NCBI GenBank assembly: GCA_965213625.1
Contig: CBDBZU010000004.1
Coordinates: forward strand, 3,872,001 to 3,936,000
Length of the DNA: 64,000 bases
From: a bacterium
Lineage (GTDB): Bacteria; UBA8248
Reading direction: 5' to 3'
In this document: positions 48,171-61,130 of the stretch, in pieces
Numbering within the stretch: position 1 is the stretch's first letter
How the letters are laid out: every line of letters begins with the position of its first letter
The notes under the pieces: generated by a model
The model's database searches: none
Seen by the model: only the letters and a program-made list of their open reading frames with translations
Told to the model about the DNA's origin: nothing
Position numbers and translations under genes: made by a program

Positions 48171-49282
48171 GCGAGCACCTCCCGGGCGCTTGCGCTCTTC
48201 ATGCCTAAGGCTTGCGCCACGCCCGCGTGGGTGATGTGCCCCTCAGCCACGTTCAGGCCATCGGCGAGGTGCGGATTGCGCGCGACCGCTTCTTTCAAGC
48301 CTGAGTTGGCCAGTTCCAGGGCGTAGGGCAGCACCGCGTTCGAGAGCGCGATGGTGCTCGTGCGAGGGACGACCCCCGGCATGTTCGCTACGCCGTAGTG
48401 AACGACGCCCTCAACGAGGTAGGTGGGATCCGAATGGTAGGTGGGGCGTATCGTCTCCACGCAACCGCCCTGGTCCACCGCCACGTCCACGATGACAGCG
48501 CCTGCGTTCATTTCCCGCAGCATCTCGCGCGACACCAGTACCGGCGTGCGCCCGCCCGGCACCAGAACGGCGCCGATAACCAGATCCGCTTCGCGCAGGG
48601 CTTCGCGTATGGTGAAGCGCGTGGATACCAGCGTCTTGACCCGGCCATCGAAAATATCGTCAATATACTCGAGACGCGCATGATTGATGTCGAACACAGT
48701 GACGCCCGCGTGCATGCCGACCGCTATTTTGGCCGCGTTCTTCCCCACGATACCCGCTCCGAGGATGACCACGTTCCCCCGGGGTACGCCCGGCGCCCCG
48801 GCCAGCAGAACGCCGCGGCCCCCTAGGTTTTTCCCGAGATACTTGGCCCCTTCCTGAACGGCCATCCTGCCCGCTATCTCGCTCATGGGTTGCAGAATCG
48901 GCAAAACGCCGTCTGGCGAAGTCACCGTCTCGAACGCGACGCCATAGGTTCCGCTCTCAGCTATCGCGCGCGCAAGGGGCTGGCAGGCGGCCAGATGTAA
49001 AAAAGCGAACAGAATCTGCCCCTCGCGCATCGACGGAAACTCCGGTTCCAGGGGTTCTTTGACCTTGACGATCATCTCCCCCTCCGCCCAGAGTTCCTCT
49101 GCGGACGGGACGATGCGCGCACCCACCGCCTCGTATTCCGCATCCGCGATACCGGCGTCGAGGCCTGCGCCATTTTCCACCATCACGTCGTGGCCCGCCT
49201 CCACGAGAGCCTCCACGGCTCCGGGCGTCAAGGCGACCCTGTATTCATCCTGTTTGATTTCCCTGAGGAGCCCGATTTTCAT
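48167..49282 (-). CDS. ald: Alanine dehydrogenase
   Basis: [41 protein letters not shown]. Confidence 0.96.
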   Translation of the reverse strand: MKIGLLREIKQDEYRVALTPGAVEALVEAGHDVMVENGAGLDAGIADAEYEAVGARIVPSAEELWAEGEMIVKVKEPLEPEFPSMREGQILFAFLHLAACQPLARAIAESGTYGVAFETVTSPDGVLPILQPMSEIAGRMAVQEGAKYLGKNLGGRGVLLAGAPGVPRGNVVILGAGIVGKNAAKIAVGMHAGVTVFDINHARLEYIDDIFDGRVKTLVSTRFTIREALREADLVIGAVLVPGGRTPVLVSREMLREMNAGAVIVDVAVDQGGCVETIRPTYHSDPTYLVEGVVHYGVANMPGVVPRTSTIALSNAVLPYALELANSGLKEAVARNPHLADGLNVAEGHITHAGVAQALGMKSASAREVLA

Positions 49283-49719
49283 GAATCCTCCGCCTCCTCT
49301 TCCACGACATGGAACGTACTTTCCGCCTCGGCGACGGCCCGGCCGTCTTCCGCCCTGGTCGCTATTCCCTCCAGGACGACGAACCTGCCCTTTTTCTTCT
49401 TCAGCCTTCCCTCGAGCAGCAGGGGAGTACCGACCGGCAGGGGGTCGCGGTAGCGGATTTCGCTTCTCGCCGAGTAGGCGCGCATTCCTTTGAGAAACAG
49501 CCAGTTCGCCATGACGTCATCGAGAACGCTGAAGACGATGCCGCCGTGCGTCACGCCGTCGTATCCCTGGTGGACAGTCTGCGGCGTGAACTCGGCGCGG
49601 CAGACGTCGCCGTCCAGCCGGAAAACAATTTTCAAGCCAATCGGGTTCGCGGGGCCGCATACGAAACAGCCATCCGCATCCGGGCGTCCTCTTGAATCAG
49701 CCAATGGTTCGGTCTCCAC
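49279..49719 (-). CDS. PaaI family (hotdog) thioesterase
   Basis: CFVCG..NPIGL, HQGY.GVTHGG..LDD. Confidence 0.88.
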   Translation of the reverse strand: METEPLADSRGRPDADGCFVCGPANPIGLKIVFRLDGDVCRAEFTPQTVHQGYDGVTHGGIVFSVLDDVMANWLFLKGMRAYSARSEIRYRDPLPVGTPLLLEGRLKKKKGRFVVLEGIATRAEDGRAVAEAESTFHVVEEEAEDS

Positions 49720-49736
49720 TTCATTTCAGGACAAAC

Positions 49737-49765
49737 AAAAAAGGAGAGCCTCGGCGGCTCTCCTT
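49737..49765 (-). terminator. Intrinsic terminator after rplQ
   Basis: 10-bp stem AAGGAGAGCC/GGCTCTCCTT followed by a T-run on the minus strand. Confidence 0.8.
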
Positions 49766-49790
49766 TCTGGAGTCTCTCATATCGGGTTTC

Positions 49791-50213
49791 CTACGATTCC
49801 CCTTGCGCCTCTCTTCTCTTCTGGCGGCGTTCCTGCCTTTCCTGTTCCCTGGTGGTGTCTCTATCGATCAACTCGAGAAGCGCCATGGGCGCGGCGTCTC
49901 CTTGCCGCGGAGGGAGACGCAGTATCCGGGTATAGCCGCCGGGGCGCTCCGCATATCTAGGTGCAATGGTATCCATGAGTTTGGCGACCGCGGCTGGGGT
50001 TTTGAGATAAGAGGCCACCTGCCGCCGCGCATGGAGCGTGCCTTTCTTGCCCTTGGTAATGATGCGTTCGGCGTGGCGGCGAACCTCCTTGGCCTTCGCC
50101 AGCGTTGTCCGCACCCTCTCCTCGTCGATGAGAGAAGTGACCATGTTCCTCGTCATCGCATCGCGATGCTTCGAGGTGCGTCCCAGTTTTCTGCCATGCC
50201 ATCGGTGCCGCAT
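49791..50213 (-). CDS. rplQ: 50S ribosomal protein L17
   Basis: MRHR..GRKLGRTSKHR, RPGGYTRI. Confidence 0.98.
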   Translation of the reverse strand: MRHRWHGRKLGRTSKHRDAMTRNMVTSLIDEERVRTTLAKAKEVRRHAERIITKGKKGTLHARRQVASYLKTPAAVAKLMDTIAPRYAERPGGYTRILRLPPRQGDAAPMALLELIDRDTTREQERQERRQKRREAQGES

Positions 50214-50224
50214 CTATCTATGTC

Positions 50225-51244
50225 CTATTCTTGTTCGGAATCGTCCTGCCCGCTGATATCGCGGGGCGTAAGATCCATATAACTTAAATCCATTCCGAGA
50301 GACAAACCCATACCCGTGAGAATATCACGAATTTCATTCAAACTCTTGCGCCCGAAGTTCCTGGTTCTCAGCAACTCGGTTTCGGTCTTTTGCACCAACT
50401 CGCCCAGCGTACGGATCCGCGCGTTCTTCAGGCAGTTATAGCTGCGAACCGAAAGCTCGAGTTCCTCCACGCTTCTGCTCAGGCTCTCCACTATCCGCTG
50501 CTTGCGCTCATCCACCTTCGGCGCCTGGGGCACAATCTCTTCCTCGAAGTTGATGAATATCTGGAGATTGTCCTTCAGAATCTTCGCCGCGTAGGCAACT
50601 GCATCCACGGGGGCGATGGTTCCGTTCGTTTCCACGTCGAGTATCAGCTTGTCGTAATCCGTAATGTCGCCCACCCGGGCCTTCTCCACCTGGAATGTGC
50701 AGCGGCGGATGGGAGAGAAGATGGAATCCATCGGGATGAACTGAGGGCCGAGGGCCAAATCCACGTTTCTCTCTGCGGGAACGTAGCCACGGCCGATGTT
50801 CGCAACGAGTTCCACGTCGAGTTCCGCTTCATCGTTCATGTTGGCGATTTCGATGTCGGGTGTCAGTACCCTTACGCCCGAGGGGGCTGCGATGTCTCCC
50901 GCCTTGAACACGCCGGCGGATCCTGCATGTTGGTAATGCATGTGAACCGGAAAGGTATCCGATTCCACCTCGATGACGACGTCCTTGAGATTCAGGATGA
51001 TTTCCGTCACATCCTCCATGACGCCCGGAATACTCGAAAACTCGTGAAATACGCCTTCGATGCGCACACCCGTGAAAGCGGCTCCCTGAAGTGAAGACAA
51101 AATCACGCGGCGGAGCGCATTGCCCAGCGTAACGCCATACCCGCGTTCCAGGGGCTCGGCGATAAAACGGCCGAAAGTATCGGTCAAACTTTCCGGCTGA
51201 GGCTCCAGGCCGGTGGGTTTGACCAGATCAGCAGTGGCTGTCAT
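50225..51244 (-). CDS. rpoA: RNA polymerase alpha subunit
   Basis: [35 protein letters not shown]. Confidence 0.98.
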   Translation of the reverse strand: MTATADLVKPTGLEPQPESLTDTFGRFIAEPLERGYGVTLGNALRRVILSSLQGAAFTGVRIEGVFHEFSSIPGVMEDVTEIILNLKDVVIEVESDTFPVHMHYQHAGSAGVFKAGDIAAPSGVRVLTPDIEIANMNDEAELDVELVANIGRGYVPAERNVDLALGPQFIPMDSIFSPIRRCTFQVEKARVGDITDYDKLILDVETNGTIAPVDAVAYAAKILKDNLQIFINFEEEIVPQAPKVDERKQRIVESLSRSVEELELSVRSYNCLKNARIRTLGELVQKTETELLRTRNFGRKSLNEIRDILTGMGLSLGMDLSYMDLTPRDISGQDDSEQE

Positions 51245-51311
51245 TTCTATTGGTCCTCCGTTTGGCGGTTGACCACTTTTTGAAACAAGTTGGTCGAAAC
51301 GAGCTCGTTAT

Positions 51312-51944
51312 TTATTTGGAATACAGTTCCACAATCTGCTGCACGTTGATGTCAATCTGGGAGTCAACCAGACTTGGCGGCTCCAGGACGCGCGCCTGAA
51401 AATCAGCATGGTCCACATCGAGCCAGGCGGGAGCGCCGCGTACTTTCCCTTTTTCCGCGCTTTGCACGATAAACCCATTCTTCTTGCTTTTCTCTTTAAT
51501 CTCGACGACGTCGCCCTTGCGAACGACGAACGCCGGGCGATTCACCTTCCTGCCGTTCACCCGAATGTGGTTGTGAATCACCAGTTGACGCGCCTGATTG
51601 CGCGAATCCGCGAAACTGGCCCGGAACACGACGTTGTCGAGCCTGGATTCGAGCAGTGAAAACAGGTTGTCGCCGGTGACGCCCTTGCGCCGTACGGCTT
51701 CTTTGTAATAAAGCCGGAATTGCTTCTCCAGTACGCCGTACACCCGGCGCGCCTTTTGTTTCTCGCGAAGCTGCATCCCGTATTCGCTCAGCTTCCCCCG
51801 CGTACGCGCCGCGCCATGCTGCCCCGGCGGAAAGCTCCGTTTCTCGAAAGAGCATTTATCGCCGATGCAGCGATCACCCTTCAAGAAGAGCTTCATCCCC
51901 TCTCTTCGGCAAAGCCGACAAACCGAATCTTTGTATCGCGCCAA
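51312..51944 (-). CDS. rpsD: 30S ribosomal protein S4
   Basis: [36 protein letters not shown]. Confidence 0.98.
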   Translation of the reverse strand: MARYKDSVCRLCRREGMKLFLKGDRCIGDKCSFEKRSFPPGQHGAARTRGKLSEYGMQLREKQKARRVYGVLEKQFRLYYKEAVRRKGVTGDNLFSLLESRLDNVVFRASFADSRNQARQLVIHNHIRVNGRKVNRPAFVVRKGDVVEIKEKSKKNGFIVQSAEKGKVRGAPAWLDVDHADFQARVLEPPSLVDSQIDINVQQIVELYSK

Positions 51945-51969
51945 AATTCAAACTCCCTCTTGCCTTGAC

Positions 51970-52371
51970 CTATACCCGACGCCGCTTGCGCGGACGACAA
52001 CCATTGTGGGGAATAGGCGTAACGTCACGAATGAGACTCACCTCGAGCCCCGCCGCGGCCAGCGAGCGAATTGCTGCCTCACGACCGGAACCGGGACCAC
52101 TCACGTATACTTCCACCGAAGTCACGCCCAGGTCCAACGCTTTTTTGGCGACATCCGCAGCAGCCATCTGCGCGGCGAAAGGCGTGCTTTTCCGAGAACC
52201 CTTGAAGCCTTGTCCACCGGCCGTCGACCAGCAAACCACGTTCCCGCCCGTGTCGGAAATCGAGATCATGGTGTTATTGAAGGTCGCCAATATGTGAGCC
52301 TGCCCCTTGCCGATGGCTCTTCGCTCACGACGGCGCTTTCCACCGCGTTTTCCTCTGCCCGCTTGCGCCAA
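51970..52371 (-). CDS. rpsK: 30S ribosomal protein S11
   Basis: [25 protein letters not shown]. Confidence 0.98.
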   Translation of the reverse strand: MAQAGRGKRGGKRRRERRAIGKGQAHILATFNNTMISISDTGGNVVCWSTAGGQGFKGSRKSTPFAAQMAAADVAKKALDLGVTSVEVYVSGPGSGREAAIRSLAAAGLEVSLIRDVTPIPHNGCRPRKRRRV

Positions 52372-52409
52372 TTGAAATCTCCTACCTGATGAGAGACGAA
52401 TTCAAAAAA

Positions 52410-52784
52410 TCAGTTGTCTTTTTTCTTTGCGCCCACCGTCTTGCGCGGTCCTTTGCGGGTTCGCGCGTTCGTGTGGGTTCTTTGCCCGCGTACGGGCAGT
52501 CCGCGACGGTGCCTGAGACCACGGTAGGTGCCGATGTCCATCAATCGCTTGATGTTCATGGTCACCCTGCTCCTCAAGTCGCCCTCCACCGCATAGCCGC
52601 GTTCGATAATCTCGCGCAAGGTCTGCACCTCGGCTTCGGTGAGGTCCTTCACCTTGGAGACGGCATTGATATTCGCTTCTTCCACTATCTTGTTCGCGGA
52701 AGTCCGCCCGATTCCAAAGATATACGTCAGAGCGATGTTGATGTTCTTTTCATTGGGAATATCCACTCCGGCAATACGGGCCAT
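52410..52784 (-). CDS. rpsM: 30S ribosomal protein S13
   Basis: [27 protein letters not shown]. Confidence 0.98.
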   Translation of the reverse strand: MARIAGVDIPNEKNINIALTYIFGIGRTSANKIVEEANINAVSKVKDLTEAEVQTLREIIERGYAVEGDLRSRVTMNIKRLMDIGTYRGLRHRRGLPVRGQRTHTNARTRKGPRKTVGAKKKDN

Positions 52785-52815
52785 ACGCGTTCTCCTTTAT
52801 TTCCCTGCCGCCGCT

Positions 52816-52929
52816 TCAGCCTTGTCGCTGCTTGTGCTTGGGGTTCGAGCACATGACGCGCACGACACCCTTGCGGCGGATGACCTTGCACTTGTCACAC
52901 ATCGGCTTGACGGAACTTCTCACTTTCAT
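52816..52929 (-). CDS. rpmJ: 50S ribosomal protein L36
   Basis: Manual translation [37 protein letters not shown]. Confidence 0.97.
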   Translation of the reverse strand: MKVRSSVKPMCDKCKVIRRKGVVRVMCSNPKHKQRQG

Positions 52930-52958
52930 TTCCTGACTCCAAATCTCATTTGAGACAT

Positions 52959-53246
52959 CTACTTGTATCGACTCGTTATCCGCCCTCTGGTCAAATCGTA
53001 AGGGGATAGCTCTACCTTGACGTTGTCCCCCGGGAGAATCCGGATAAAGTGCATCCGCATTTTCCCAGAGATGTGGGCCAACACCTTGTGGCCGCCTTCG
53101 AGTTCAACGCGAAACATTGCGTTCGGCAGAGGCTCCACGACAATTCCATCCACCTCTATCACGCCTTCCTTTGGAGCCCTTTCCTCGCGCTCGGCCTGAT
53201 CGCGCTTTCTCTGCTTCCTGCTCCCCTGTCGGCGTGGTCTCCTCAT
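52959..53246 (-). CDS. infA: Translation initiation factor IF-1 (possible N-terminal extension)
   Basis: [39 protein letters not shown]. Confidence 0.96.
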   Translation of the reverse strand: MRRPRRQGSRKQRKRDQAEREERAPKEGVIEVDGIVVEPLPNAMFRVELEGGHKVLAHISGKMRMHFIRILPGDNVKVELSPYDLTRGRITSRYK

Positions 53247-53995
53247 GCGGCCAAGCTCAAAATATCCGGGCCATCTTCGGTGATGGCGACGGAATGTTCA
53301 AAATGAGCGGAGAGTTTCTCGTCCGCCGTAACGACTGTCCATTCATCGCTTAAAACCTTCACGTCATGAACACCCATATTCAGCATCGGTTCAATCGCGA
53401 GAACCATTCCCGCCTTAAGCTCCGGCCCCGTGCCGGGTTCGCCGAAATTCGGAACCTGGGGTTCTTCGTGCAGATTCGTTCCGACCCCATGCCCCACATA
53501 GGCGCGCACCACCGAAAACCCGGCGCTTTCCGCGTGCTTTTGCACGGCGTGTGAAATATCAAACAACCGGTTACCCGGCTTTGCCTGCTCGATACCCTTG
53601 AAAAGAGACTCTTCACAGTATTTCAACAACTTTTTCGCTCCGGATTCAACATCGCCCACGGGGAAGGTGACCGCATGATCCCCGTAGTAGCCATATAATT
53701 TCGCCCCGACGTCCACGCTGACGATGTCCCCCTCATTGAGCTTCTTAGCGGAGGGCACTCCATGAACCACCTCTTCGTTGACCGAAGCGCATATCGTATG
53801 TTGATAGCCTCTGTATCCCTTAAAAGCGGGTATTGCACCCTGTTCGCGAATAATCCGTTCCGCCAAAATATCCAGTTCCAGTGTGGTCACGCCTGGCCGT
53901 ATCGCAGCTTTGAGTTCCGACATGACGCTCATCACTACCCGGTTGCTGGCCCGCAAACGCTCTATCTCTTTTCGCGAACGAAGGATGATAGCCAT
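53243..53995 (-). CDS. map: Methionine aminopeptidase
   Basis: [31 protein letters not shown]. Confidence 0.97.
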   Translation of the reverse strand: MAIILRSRKEIERLRASNRVVMSVMSELKAAIRPGVTTLELDILAERIIREQGAIPAFKGYRGYQHTICASVNEEVVHGVPSAKKLNEGDIVSVDVGAKLYGYYGDHAVTFPVGDVESGAKKLLKYCEESLFKGIEQAKPGNRLFDISHAVQKHAESAGFSVVRAYVGHGVGTNLHEEPQVPNFGEPGTGPELKAGMVLAIEPMLNMGVHDVKVLSDEWTVVTADEKLSAHFEHSVAITEDGPDILSLAA

Positions 53996-54624
53996 TAAGC
54001 AAGCACCTGGGCAATACCTTCCTCCACCCTCTGCGCGATGTCCTCAACGCTCCCCTCACCGTCGATTTCCGCGAGCTTTCCCTTGTCGCGGTAAAAAGCC
54101 ACCAACGGCTCGGTATGTTCCCGATACAGCCTCAGGCGACGTAGCACGGTGCTCGTCATGTCGTCCTCGCGCTGGTAGAGGTCTCCTCCACAAACGGTGC
54201 AAAGCGAGGTATCCATGATGGGAAAGACGGCGCCGCATTTCCTGCACGTGAGTCTACCCGCCAGCCGAGCCACCACGGCTTCGTTCGACACGTTGAAATA
54301 GATAACCACATCCACGCTGTCCGGCAAAACTTTCTCCAGAGCCTCGCCCTGTTCAATCGTTCTGGGAAAACCATCCAGGATAAATCCGCTCCCGCAGTCC
54401 GATCTGGAAATGCGCTCCTCGATCACCGAAATAATGAGGTCATCCGACACGAGACGACCCTGGTTGATGAGTCCCCCCACCTGCTTGCCGAGCGCCGTCT
54501 TCTCCGCCACCGCCTGGCGCAACATGTCTCCCGTCGAGATTTCGGGTATCCCGAGTTCATTCGAGAGTAGAATACCCTGGGTGCCTTTCCCCGACCCCGG
54601 GGGACCTAGAAGAATGATTTTCAC
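53995..54624 (-). CDS. adk: Adenylate kinase
   Basis: LGPPGSGKGTQ, STGDMLR, LDGFPRT, Cys-type lid. GTG start at 54624. Confidence 0.97.
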   Translation of the reverse strand: MKIILLGPPGSGKGTQGILLSNELGIPEISTGDMLRQAVAEKTALGKQVGGLINQGRLVSDDLIISVIEERISRSDCGSGFILDGFPRTIEQGEALEKVLPDSVDVVIYFNVSNEAVVARLAGRLTCRKCGAVFPIMDTSLCTVCGGDLYQREDDMTSTVLRRLRLYREHTEPLVAFYRDKGKLAEIDGEGSVEDIAQRVEEGIAQVLA

Positions 54625-54625
54625 G

Positions 54626-55944
<1,319 letters not shown>

Positions 55945-55948
<4 letters not shown>

Positions 55949-56457
55949 TCGCTTTTATCCTCCGGCTTCACGGCGAGGGCCACAATCTCCACGCTGCCGC
56001 CTGCGCTCTCGATTTTCTGGCGAGCAGATTCGCTGCATTTTTGAACCTTGAGATGAATCGCGCGATCCACTTCACCCACACCCAGGAGCTTTACGCCGTC
56101 TTTGGCCACGTTTCGGATCAGACCGGCGGCACACAGGGCATCGGCGTCGACGTTCGCGCCCTCCGCCAGTACGCCCAAGCGCCCGACGTTCAACTCAGAG
56201 AACTCTTTTCTAAAACGGTTGTTGAACCCGCGCTTCGGCAAGCGGCGCTGGAGCGGCATTTGTCCGCCCTCGAAACCCACCTTTCGGCTGTAGCCGGAAC
56301 GCGATTTCTGACCCTTGTGCCCGCGCGTCGAAGTCTTGCCCCTTCCGGAGCCCGTACCTCGGCCCACACGCCGCCGGGTCTTCACCGACCCGTCCGGGGA
56401 GGACAAATCGCCCAGGCCCGTAAATGTATTTTCTGGCTTTGCGTCGTTCTCGGACAT
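55945..56457 (-). CDS. rplO: 50S ribosomal protein L15
   Basis: RVGRGTGSG.GKT, GFEGGQMPLQRRLPKRGF. Confidence 0.97.
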
Positions 56458-56471
56458 ATGAATCCGGGGAA

Positions 56472-56660
56472 CTAGGCCCCCTCCTCCACTTCTACGAGAT
56501 GCTTGATCTTGAATACCATGCCGCGAATGCACGCGTTGTCCGCCTTCACAACCGTCTGATTGATCCGCCTCAGACCCAACCCATGCAAAACGGCGCGCTG
56601 CTTCACGTTCGATCCGGACGTGCTCTTTCTCAGGGTGATTTTAATCTTATCTTGCGCCAT
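56472..56660 (-). CDS. rpmD: 50S ribosomal protein L30
   Basis: [21 protein letters not shown]; position in spc operon. Confidence 0.95.
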   Translation of the reverse strand: MAQDKIKITLRKSTSGSNVKQRAVLHGLGLRRINQTVVKADNACIRGMVFKIKHLVEVEEGA

Positions 56661-56668
56661 CTTTTCCT

Positions 56669-57337
56669 CTATTCTTCTTTCGCGCCGTCATCTTCGGCAT
56701 CGCCGGCGTCACCGGCTTCGTCGGCTGCGCCATCGCTATCCACGGCAACTTCCGCCACGACCTCGGCTTCCACCGCCACAGCTTCGACATCCTCCGCCTC
56801 TGCGCCACCGGCAGCGTCTTCGGCCAAACCGATTCCCCGCAGCGCGAGAACCTCGTCCCTGTTGCGCAGAGAACTCAGGCCCTGCAGCGTCGCTTTGGCC
56901 GCGTTGTGCGGGTTGTTCGTGCCGATGCACTTCGTCAATATGTCGAGCACCCCGGCGACGTCCAGAACCGCGCGTACGGGGCCACCGGCGATGACGCCCG
57001 TTCCCCGCGCCGCCGGCTTGAGCAGCACACGGCCCGCGCCGTATTTACCCATCGTCTGGTGGGGAATGGTCTCATGTTCGAGGGCGACCTTCACCATCGA
57101 TTTGCGGGCTTTCTCCACACCCTTTCGGATGGCTTCGGGCACCTCGTTCGCCTTGCCCATCCCGATGCCGACCTGTCCCTTCCTGTCGCCGACAGTCACC
57201 AGGGCGCTGAAACTGAAGCGCCTGCCGCCCTTCACAACCTTGGCCACACGGTTCACATAGATGACCCGGTCGATGAATTCACGCTCTTCGGGATTCTCAG
57301 GCTCTCTGTCCCGGCCTCTTCTTCCGTCTCGCGCCAT
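56669..57337 (-). CDS. rpsE: 30S ribosomal protein S5 with acidic C-terminal tail
   Basis: [23 protein letters not shown]. Confidence 0.98.
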   Translation of the reverse strand: MARDGRRGRDREPENPEEREFIDRVIYVNRVAKVVKGGRRFSFSALVTVGDRKGQVGIGMGKANEVPEAIRKGVEKARKSMVKVALEHETIPHQTMGKYGAGRVLLKPAARGTGVIAGGPVRAVLDVAGVLDILTKCIGTNNPHNAAKATLQGLSSLRNRDEVLALRGIGLAEDAAGGAEAEDVEAVAVEAEVVAEVAVDSDGAADEAGDAGDAEDDGAKEE

Positions 57338-57717
57338 CAGAAACTTACCCCCGTATCTCTCACGCTGTCGGCCAGCGCCTTCACGCGGCCATGATAGAGA
57401 TAGCCGTTGCGATCAAAAACCACTTTTTCCACGCCCTTGGCCTTCACGCGACCGGCCAGCAGTTTGCCGACGATAGTAGCGCCCGCCATGTTGCTCCCGA
57501 CCGCGTTTTCAACATCTTTCGCCTCGGTAGCGAAATCTTCCTCGCGCGAGGAAGCCGCAGCCAGGGTTTGACCCGAAACGTCATCTATCACCTGGGCGTA
57601 GATGTGTCCGCCACTCCTGAAAACCGTCAATCGAGGACGCTCGCTCGTTCCACGGCTCTTCTTGCGGATTCTCGTTTTTCGCTTGAGTCTTGCCTCGAGT
57701 TTACTCAGTCGACCCAC
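57337..57717 (-). CDS. rplR: 50S ribosomal protein L18
   Basis: [30 protein letters not shown]. Confidence 0.98.
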   Translation of the reverse strand: MGRLSKLEARLKRKTRIRKKSRGTSERPRLTVFRSGGHIYAQVIDDVSGQTLAAASSREEDFATEAKDVENAVGSNMAGATIVGKLLAGRVKAKGVEKVVFDRNGYLYHGRVKALADSVRDTGVSF

Positions 57718-57734
57718 TTCTCGAACCTCCTGCG

Positions 57735-58280
57735 CTACACGCCGGCCTTGCCGACCTTGCGGCGAACCGTCTCGCCCGCATAGCGAATGCCTTTACCTTT
57801 ATACGGCTCCGGGGGCTTCACCTTTCTAATTTCGGCGGCCACCCAGCCCACAATCTGCTTGTCGATGCCCTTCACCTTGATCGCCGTCCGGTTGCGGTCA
57901 CTCTGAACCTCGAAGGTAATGCCCTCGACCGGTTCGATGCTCACCGGATGCGAATATCCCACGTTCAGAACAACGCCCTTGCCCCTCTCCTCCACGCGGT
58001 ATCCCAGGCCGATAATCTCGAGTTCCTTCTCGAACCCTTTCGTCACGCCTTCGACCATGTTGGCGATCAGCGTGCGCGTGAGGCCGTGCAGCGATTTGTC
58101 CTGGCGCGATTCGCTGACGCGTGTGACGACGATGTTCCCGTCATCTATCGCCACCTTCGGCCTATGGTGCAACTCGCGCTCAAGTTCACCCAGTGGACCC
58201 TTGACGGAGATGTACCGCCCATCGAGCTTCACTTCCACGCCCGAGGGAATGGGAATCGGCATTTTTCCGATACGTGACAT
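57735..58280 (-). CDS. rplF: 50S ribosomal protein L6
   Basis: MSRIGK, PEPYKGKGIRY. Confidence 0.98.
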   Translation of the reverse strand: MSRIGKMPIPIPSGVEVKLDGRYISVKGPLGELERELHHRPKVAIDDGNIVVTRVSESRQDKSLHGLTRTLIANMVEGVTKGFEKELEIIGLGYRVEERGKGVVLNVGYSHPVSIEPVEGITFEVQSDRNRTAIKVKGIDKQIVGWVAAEIRKVKPPEPYKGKGIRYAGETVRRKVGKAGV

Positions 58281-58290
58281 TCAAACCACC

Positions 58291-58692
58291 TCACCAAATT
58301 TCACAAAGAACTTCACCGCCAACACCCAGATTCCTCGCTTCATCATCCGTCACCACGCCTCTCGACGTCGTGAGAATGGCGATTCCCATGCCGTTGAGCA
58401 CCTTGGGAACCGACTCCTTGTTCACGTACACGCGGAGTCCGGGCTTGCTGACGCGCTTGAGTCCGCTCAACACCAGCTTGCCGTCCTGGGGCGGTTTGAG
58501 TTCCACCTTGATCCGGGTCTGCCCCGTCGGCCCGGGCTCGATATCGTATCCTTTAATGTAGCCCTGGGATTTCAGAATTCCGACGACACTCGCCTTAAGC
58601 GCGCTGCCCGGAATCACGACATCTTCATGACCCGCGCGCACCGCATTGCGAATGCGCGTCAGAAGATCTGCAATGGGATCCGTCATGCTCAT
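58291..58692 (-). CDS. rpsH: 30S ribosomal protein S8
   Basis: DPIADLLTRIRN, RVSKPGLRVY, GGEVLC. Confidence 0.98.
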   Translation of the reverse strand: MSMTDPIADLLTRIRNAVRAGHEDVVIPGSALKASVVGILKSQGYIKGYDIEPGPTGQTRIKVELKPPQDGKLVLSGLKRVSKPGLRVYVNKESVPKVLNGMGIAILTTSRGVVTDDEARNLGVGGEVLCEIW

Positions 58693-58708
58693 ATTCTTTG
58701 TTCTCCGG

Positions 58709-58894
58709 CTACCAACTCGACTTCGTGACTCCCGGAATCTCGCCCTTGAGCGACAATTCGCGGAAGCAAATTCGACATATCTTGAAACGTCTCAGATAGC
58801 CTCTTGGCCGCCCGCAACGCTGGCAGCGGTTATACGCCCGCACGCCAAACTTGGGCGCCTTCTTCTGTTTTGCAATCAAGCATTTTTTCGCCAC
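58709..58894 (-). CDS. rpsN: 30S ribosomal protein S14 (61-aa zinc type)
   Basis: [12 protein letters not shown]...ICRICFRE...PGVTKSSW. Confidence 0.97.
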   Translation of the reverse strand: MAKKCLIAKQKKAPKFGVRAYNRCQRCGRPRGYLRRFKICRICFRELSLKGEIPGVTKSSW

Positions 58895-58905
58895 TGTATT
58901 TCCTC

Positions 58906-59457
58906 TTAATTCACACGGAAGGGAACGCCCAACTCGCGAAGCAGCGCCATACCCTCCTCGTCCGTGTTCGCCGACGTATTCAGGACCACCCCGATGCCCC
59001 GGGACCTCTCCACCTTGTCGATATCGATTTCGGGGAAAATGACCTGCTCGCGAATTCCGAGGCTGTAGTTCCCGCGCCCGTCAAAGGCCTTTGGACTCAG
59101 ACCCCTGAAATCGCGCACGCGGGGAAGCGCCACGTTCACCAGTCGATCCACGAATTCCCACATCCGAACGCCGCGAAGCGTCACCATCGCCCCGATGGGC
59201 ATTCCCTCGCGCAGTTTGAAATTCGCGATGGACTTCCTCGCGCGGGTGATGACGGGCTTCTGTCCCGCAATGTTCGTCAATTCGGCCACTCCATTTTCAA
59301 GAGTCGCCGCATTCTGAACGGCTTCTCCAAGTCCCATATTCAACGTGACTTTCAGAAGCCGTGGAATCTGCATGACGTTGACGTATTCAAACTCCTTGCG
59401 GAGTTTTTCCGTGATCTCCTCACGATAAAGCTGCAACATTCTGGGTACGTACGCCAT
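58906..59457 (-). CDS. rplE: 50S ribosomal protein L5
   Basis: [29 protein letters not shown]. Confidence 0.98.
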   Translation of the reverse strand: MAYVPRMLQLYREEITEKLRKEFEYVNVMQIPRLLKVTLNMGLGEAVQNAATLENGVAELTNIAGQKPVITRARKSIANFKLREGMPIGAMVTLRGVRMWEFVDRLVNVALPRVRDFRGLSPKAFDGRGNYSLGIREQVIFPEIDIDKVERSRGIGVVLNTSANTDEEGMALLRELGVPFRVN

Positions 59458-59478
59458 TTCGATGAAAATCCTTATCTT

Positions 59479-59817
59479 CTAAACCGTATCGAGCAATTCG
59501 CCGCTGTGGTGCGTCACGCGCACATGCGCGCCGTCTTCAAGCTGTTTTCTACGAATCCGCGATGGCTGGTTGGTCTTCGGGTCTACGGGCATGACGTTGG
59601 AAATATGGATCTTGCCCTCCCGCTCCAGGATGCCTCCTTGCTGCTGCCCTTGGCTGGGCTTCGTGTGACGCTTTACGATGTTCACCTTTTCGACGATCAC
59701 GCGGTTTTCATCCTTGAGTACCTGAAGCACCTTGCCGGTCTTTCCCTTTTCGCGGCCGGCGATCACCTGAACGATGTCGCCTTTTTTTATATGCGTTTTC
59801 CTTGAATTCGAACCCAT
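59479..59817 (-). CDS. rplX: 50S ribosomal protein L24
   Basis: IKKGD.V.VIAG.EKGK.GKV, IHISNV. Confidence 0.97.
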   Translation of the reverse strand: MGSNSRKTHIKKGDIVQVIAGREKGKTGKVLQVLKDENRVIVEKVNIVKRHTKPSQGQQQGGILEREGKIHISNVMPVDPKTNQPSRIRRKQLEDGAHVRVTHHSGELLDTV

Positions 59818-59825
59818 CTCGTTCC

Positions 59826-60194
59826 TCACAAAACCTCAGGCGCGAGCGAAACGATGCGCATGAACCGCTTGCGCCTCAACTCGCGGGCCACGGGACCGAA
59901 AATGCGCGTCCCCATCGGTTCGCGCGCATCATTGATAATGACGATGGCATTGTCGTCGAAACGAATGTAGGTGCCGTCCTCTCGTCCGGTCTCCTTGACG
60001 GTCCGAACGACGACGGCACGCCTGACTTCCCCTTTTTTCACGGGACTGTTCGGCACGGCTTCCTTGATCGCCACGACGATGATGTCGCCGATTCGCGCAT
60101 AACGCCGGCGCGAGCCACCCAACACCTTGATGCACTGGGCGCGCTTCGCCCCCGAATTGTCCGCCACGCTGCACATTGTTTCGACCTGAATCAT
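59826..60194 (-). CDS. rplN: 50S ribosomal protein L14
   Basis: [26 protein letters not shown]. Confidence 0.98.
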   Translation of the reverse strand: MIQVETMCSVADNSGAKRAQCIKVLGGSRRRYARIGDIIVVAIKEAVPNSPVKKGEVRRAVVVRTVKETGREDGTYIRFDDNAIVIINDAREPMGTRIFGPVARELRRKRFMRIVSLAPEVL

Positions 60195-60206
60195 TTTCCC
60201 CGTTCC

Positions 60207-60467
60207 CTACTTGCTTCGTTCAATAACATCCAGAAGACGCCAGCGCTTCCTCCGGCTGAGCGGCCTGGTTTCGATAATGCGCACCCTGTCTCCCGTATTG
60301 AGTGAGTTCTCCTCGTCATGGACCAGATATTTCTTTCTCCTGCGCACGACGCGCTTGAAGGTCGTATGCTTGAACATACGCACCACCTCGACGGTGGCGG
60401 TCTTGTCCATCACGTCGCTTACGACCCTTCCTTCCCGAACCTTCCGTCTGCCTCGAACCTCACTCAT
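60207..60467 (-). CDS. rpsQ: 30S ribosomal protein S17
   Basis: G.VVSD.MDKT, HDEEN, ETRPLS..KRW. Confidence 0.97.
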   Translation of the reverse strand: MSEVRGRRKVREGRVVSDVMDKTATVEVVRMFKHTTFKRVVRRRKKYLVHDEENSLNTGDRVRIIETRPLSRRKRWRLLDVIERSK

Positions 60468-60689
60468 CTACGATCCCTCTCCCTCAGCGCCTGTGGCCTG
60501 TGCGCTTTCACGCTCACGCTTTGAAGTCATTACCCGCGCCAGATCCCGTTTCAACACTCCGATGCGCGCCGTGTTGTCCAACTGGCCCGTCGCCTTGCGA
60601 AATCGCAGGTTGAACAACTCCTGGCGCAATTCCTTCTCCTTGAATCCGAGTTCATCATCGCTCAGTTCGAGGACCTCGCTGTATTTCAC
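60468..60689 (-). CDS. rpmC: 50S ribosomal protein L29
   Basis: ELFNLRF.KATGQL.N. Confidence 0.96.
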   Translation of the reverse strand: MKYSEVLELSDDELGFKEKELRQELFNLRFRKATGQLDNTARIGVLKRDLARVMTSKRERESAQATGAEGEGS

Positions 60690-60702
60690 GCCATCATCCC
60701 CC

Positions 60703-61110
60703 TCAGGAAGAGGTCACAATCCTGGTTTTACACGGCAGCTTCTGGGCGGCCAGACGAAGCGCCTCGCGAGCGATGTCATCGGCGACGCCGTCCATCTCGT
60801 AGAGAATCTTGCCCGCACGCACGGGCGCCACCCAATATTCGGGCGCCCCCTTTCCCTTGCCCATACGAACCTCGGCCGGCTTTTTGCACATGGGCTTATC
60901 GGGGAAGAGGCGAATCCATATCCGTCCGCCGCGCTTGACGTGACGGGTCATGGCGATACGGGCGGCCTCGATCTGGCGCGCCGTAATGTGCGCCGTCTCC
61001 AGAGTCTGAAGCCCGTAGGAGCCGAACGAGAGCGTCGAGCCGCGCTGGGCCTTGCCGGCCAGACGACCCTTCTGCGTCTTTCTGAACTTCGTTCTTTTCG
61101 GTTGCAGCAT
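60703..61110 (-). CDS. rplP: 50S ribosomal protein L16
   Basis: [27 protein letters not shown]. Confidence 0.98.
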   Translation of the reverse strand: MLQPKRTKFRKTQKGRLAGKAQRGSTLSFGSYGLQTLETAHITARQIEAARIAMTRHVKRGGRIWIRLFPDKPMCKKPAEVRMGKGKGAPEYWVAPVRAGKILYEMDGVADDIAREALRLAAQKLPCKTRIVTSS

Positions 61111-61130
61111 GTCTCGCTCCTAAGCGCCTG

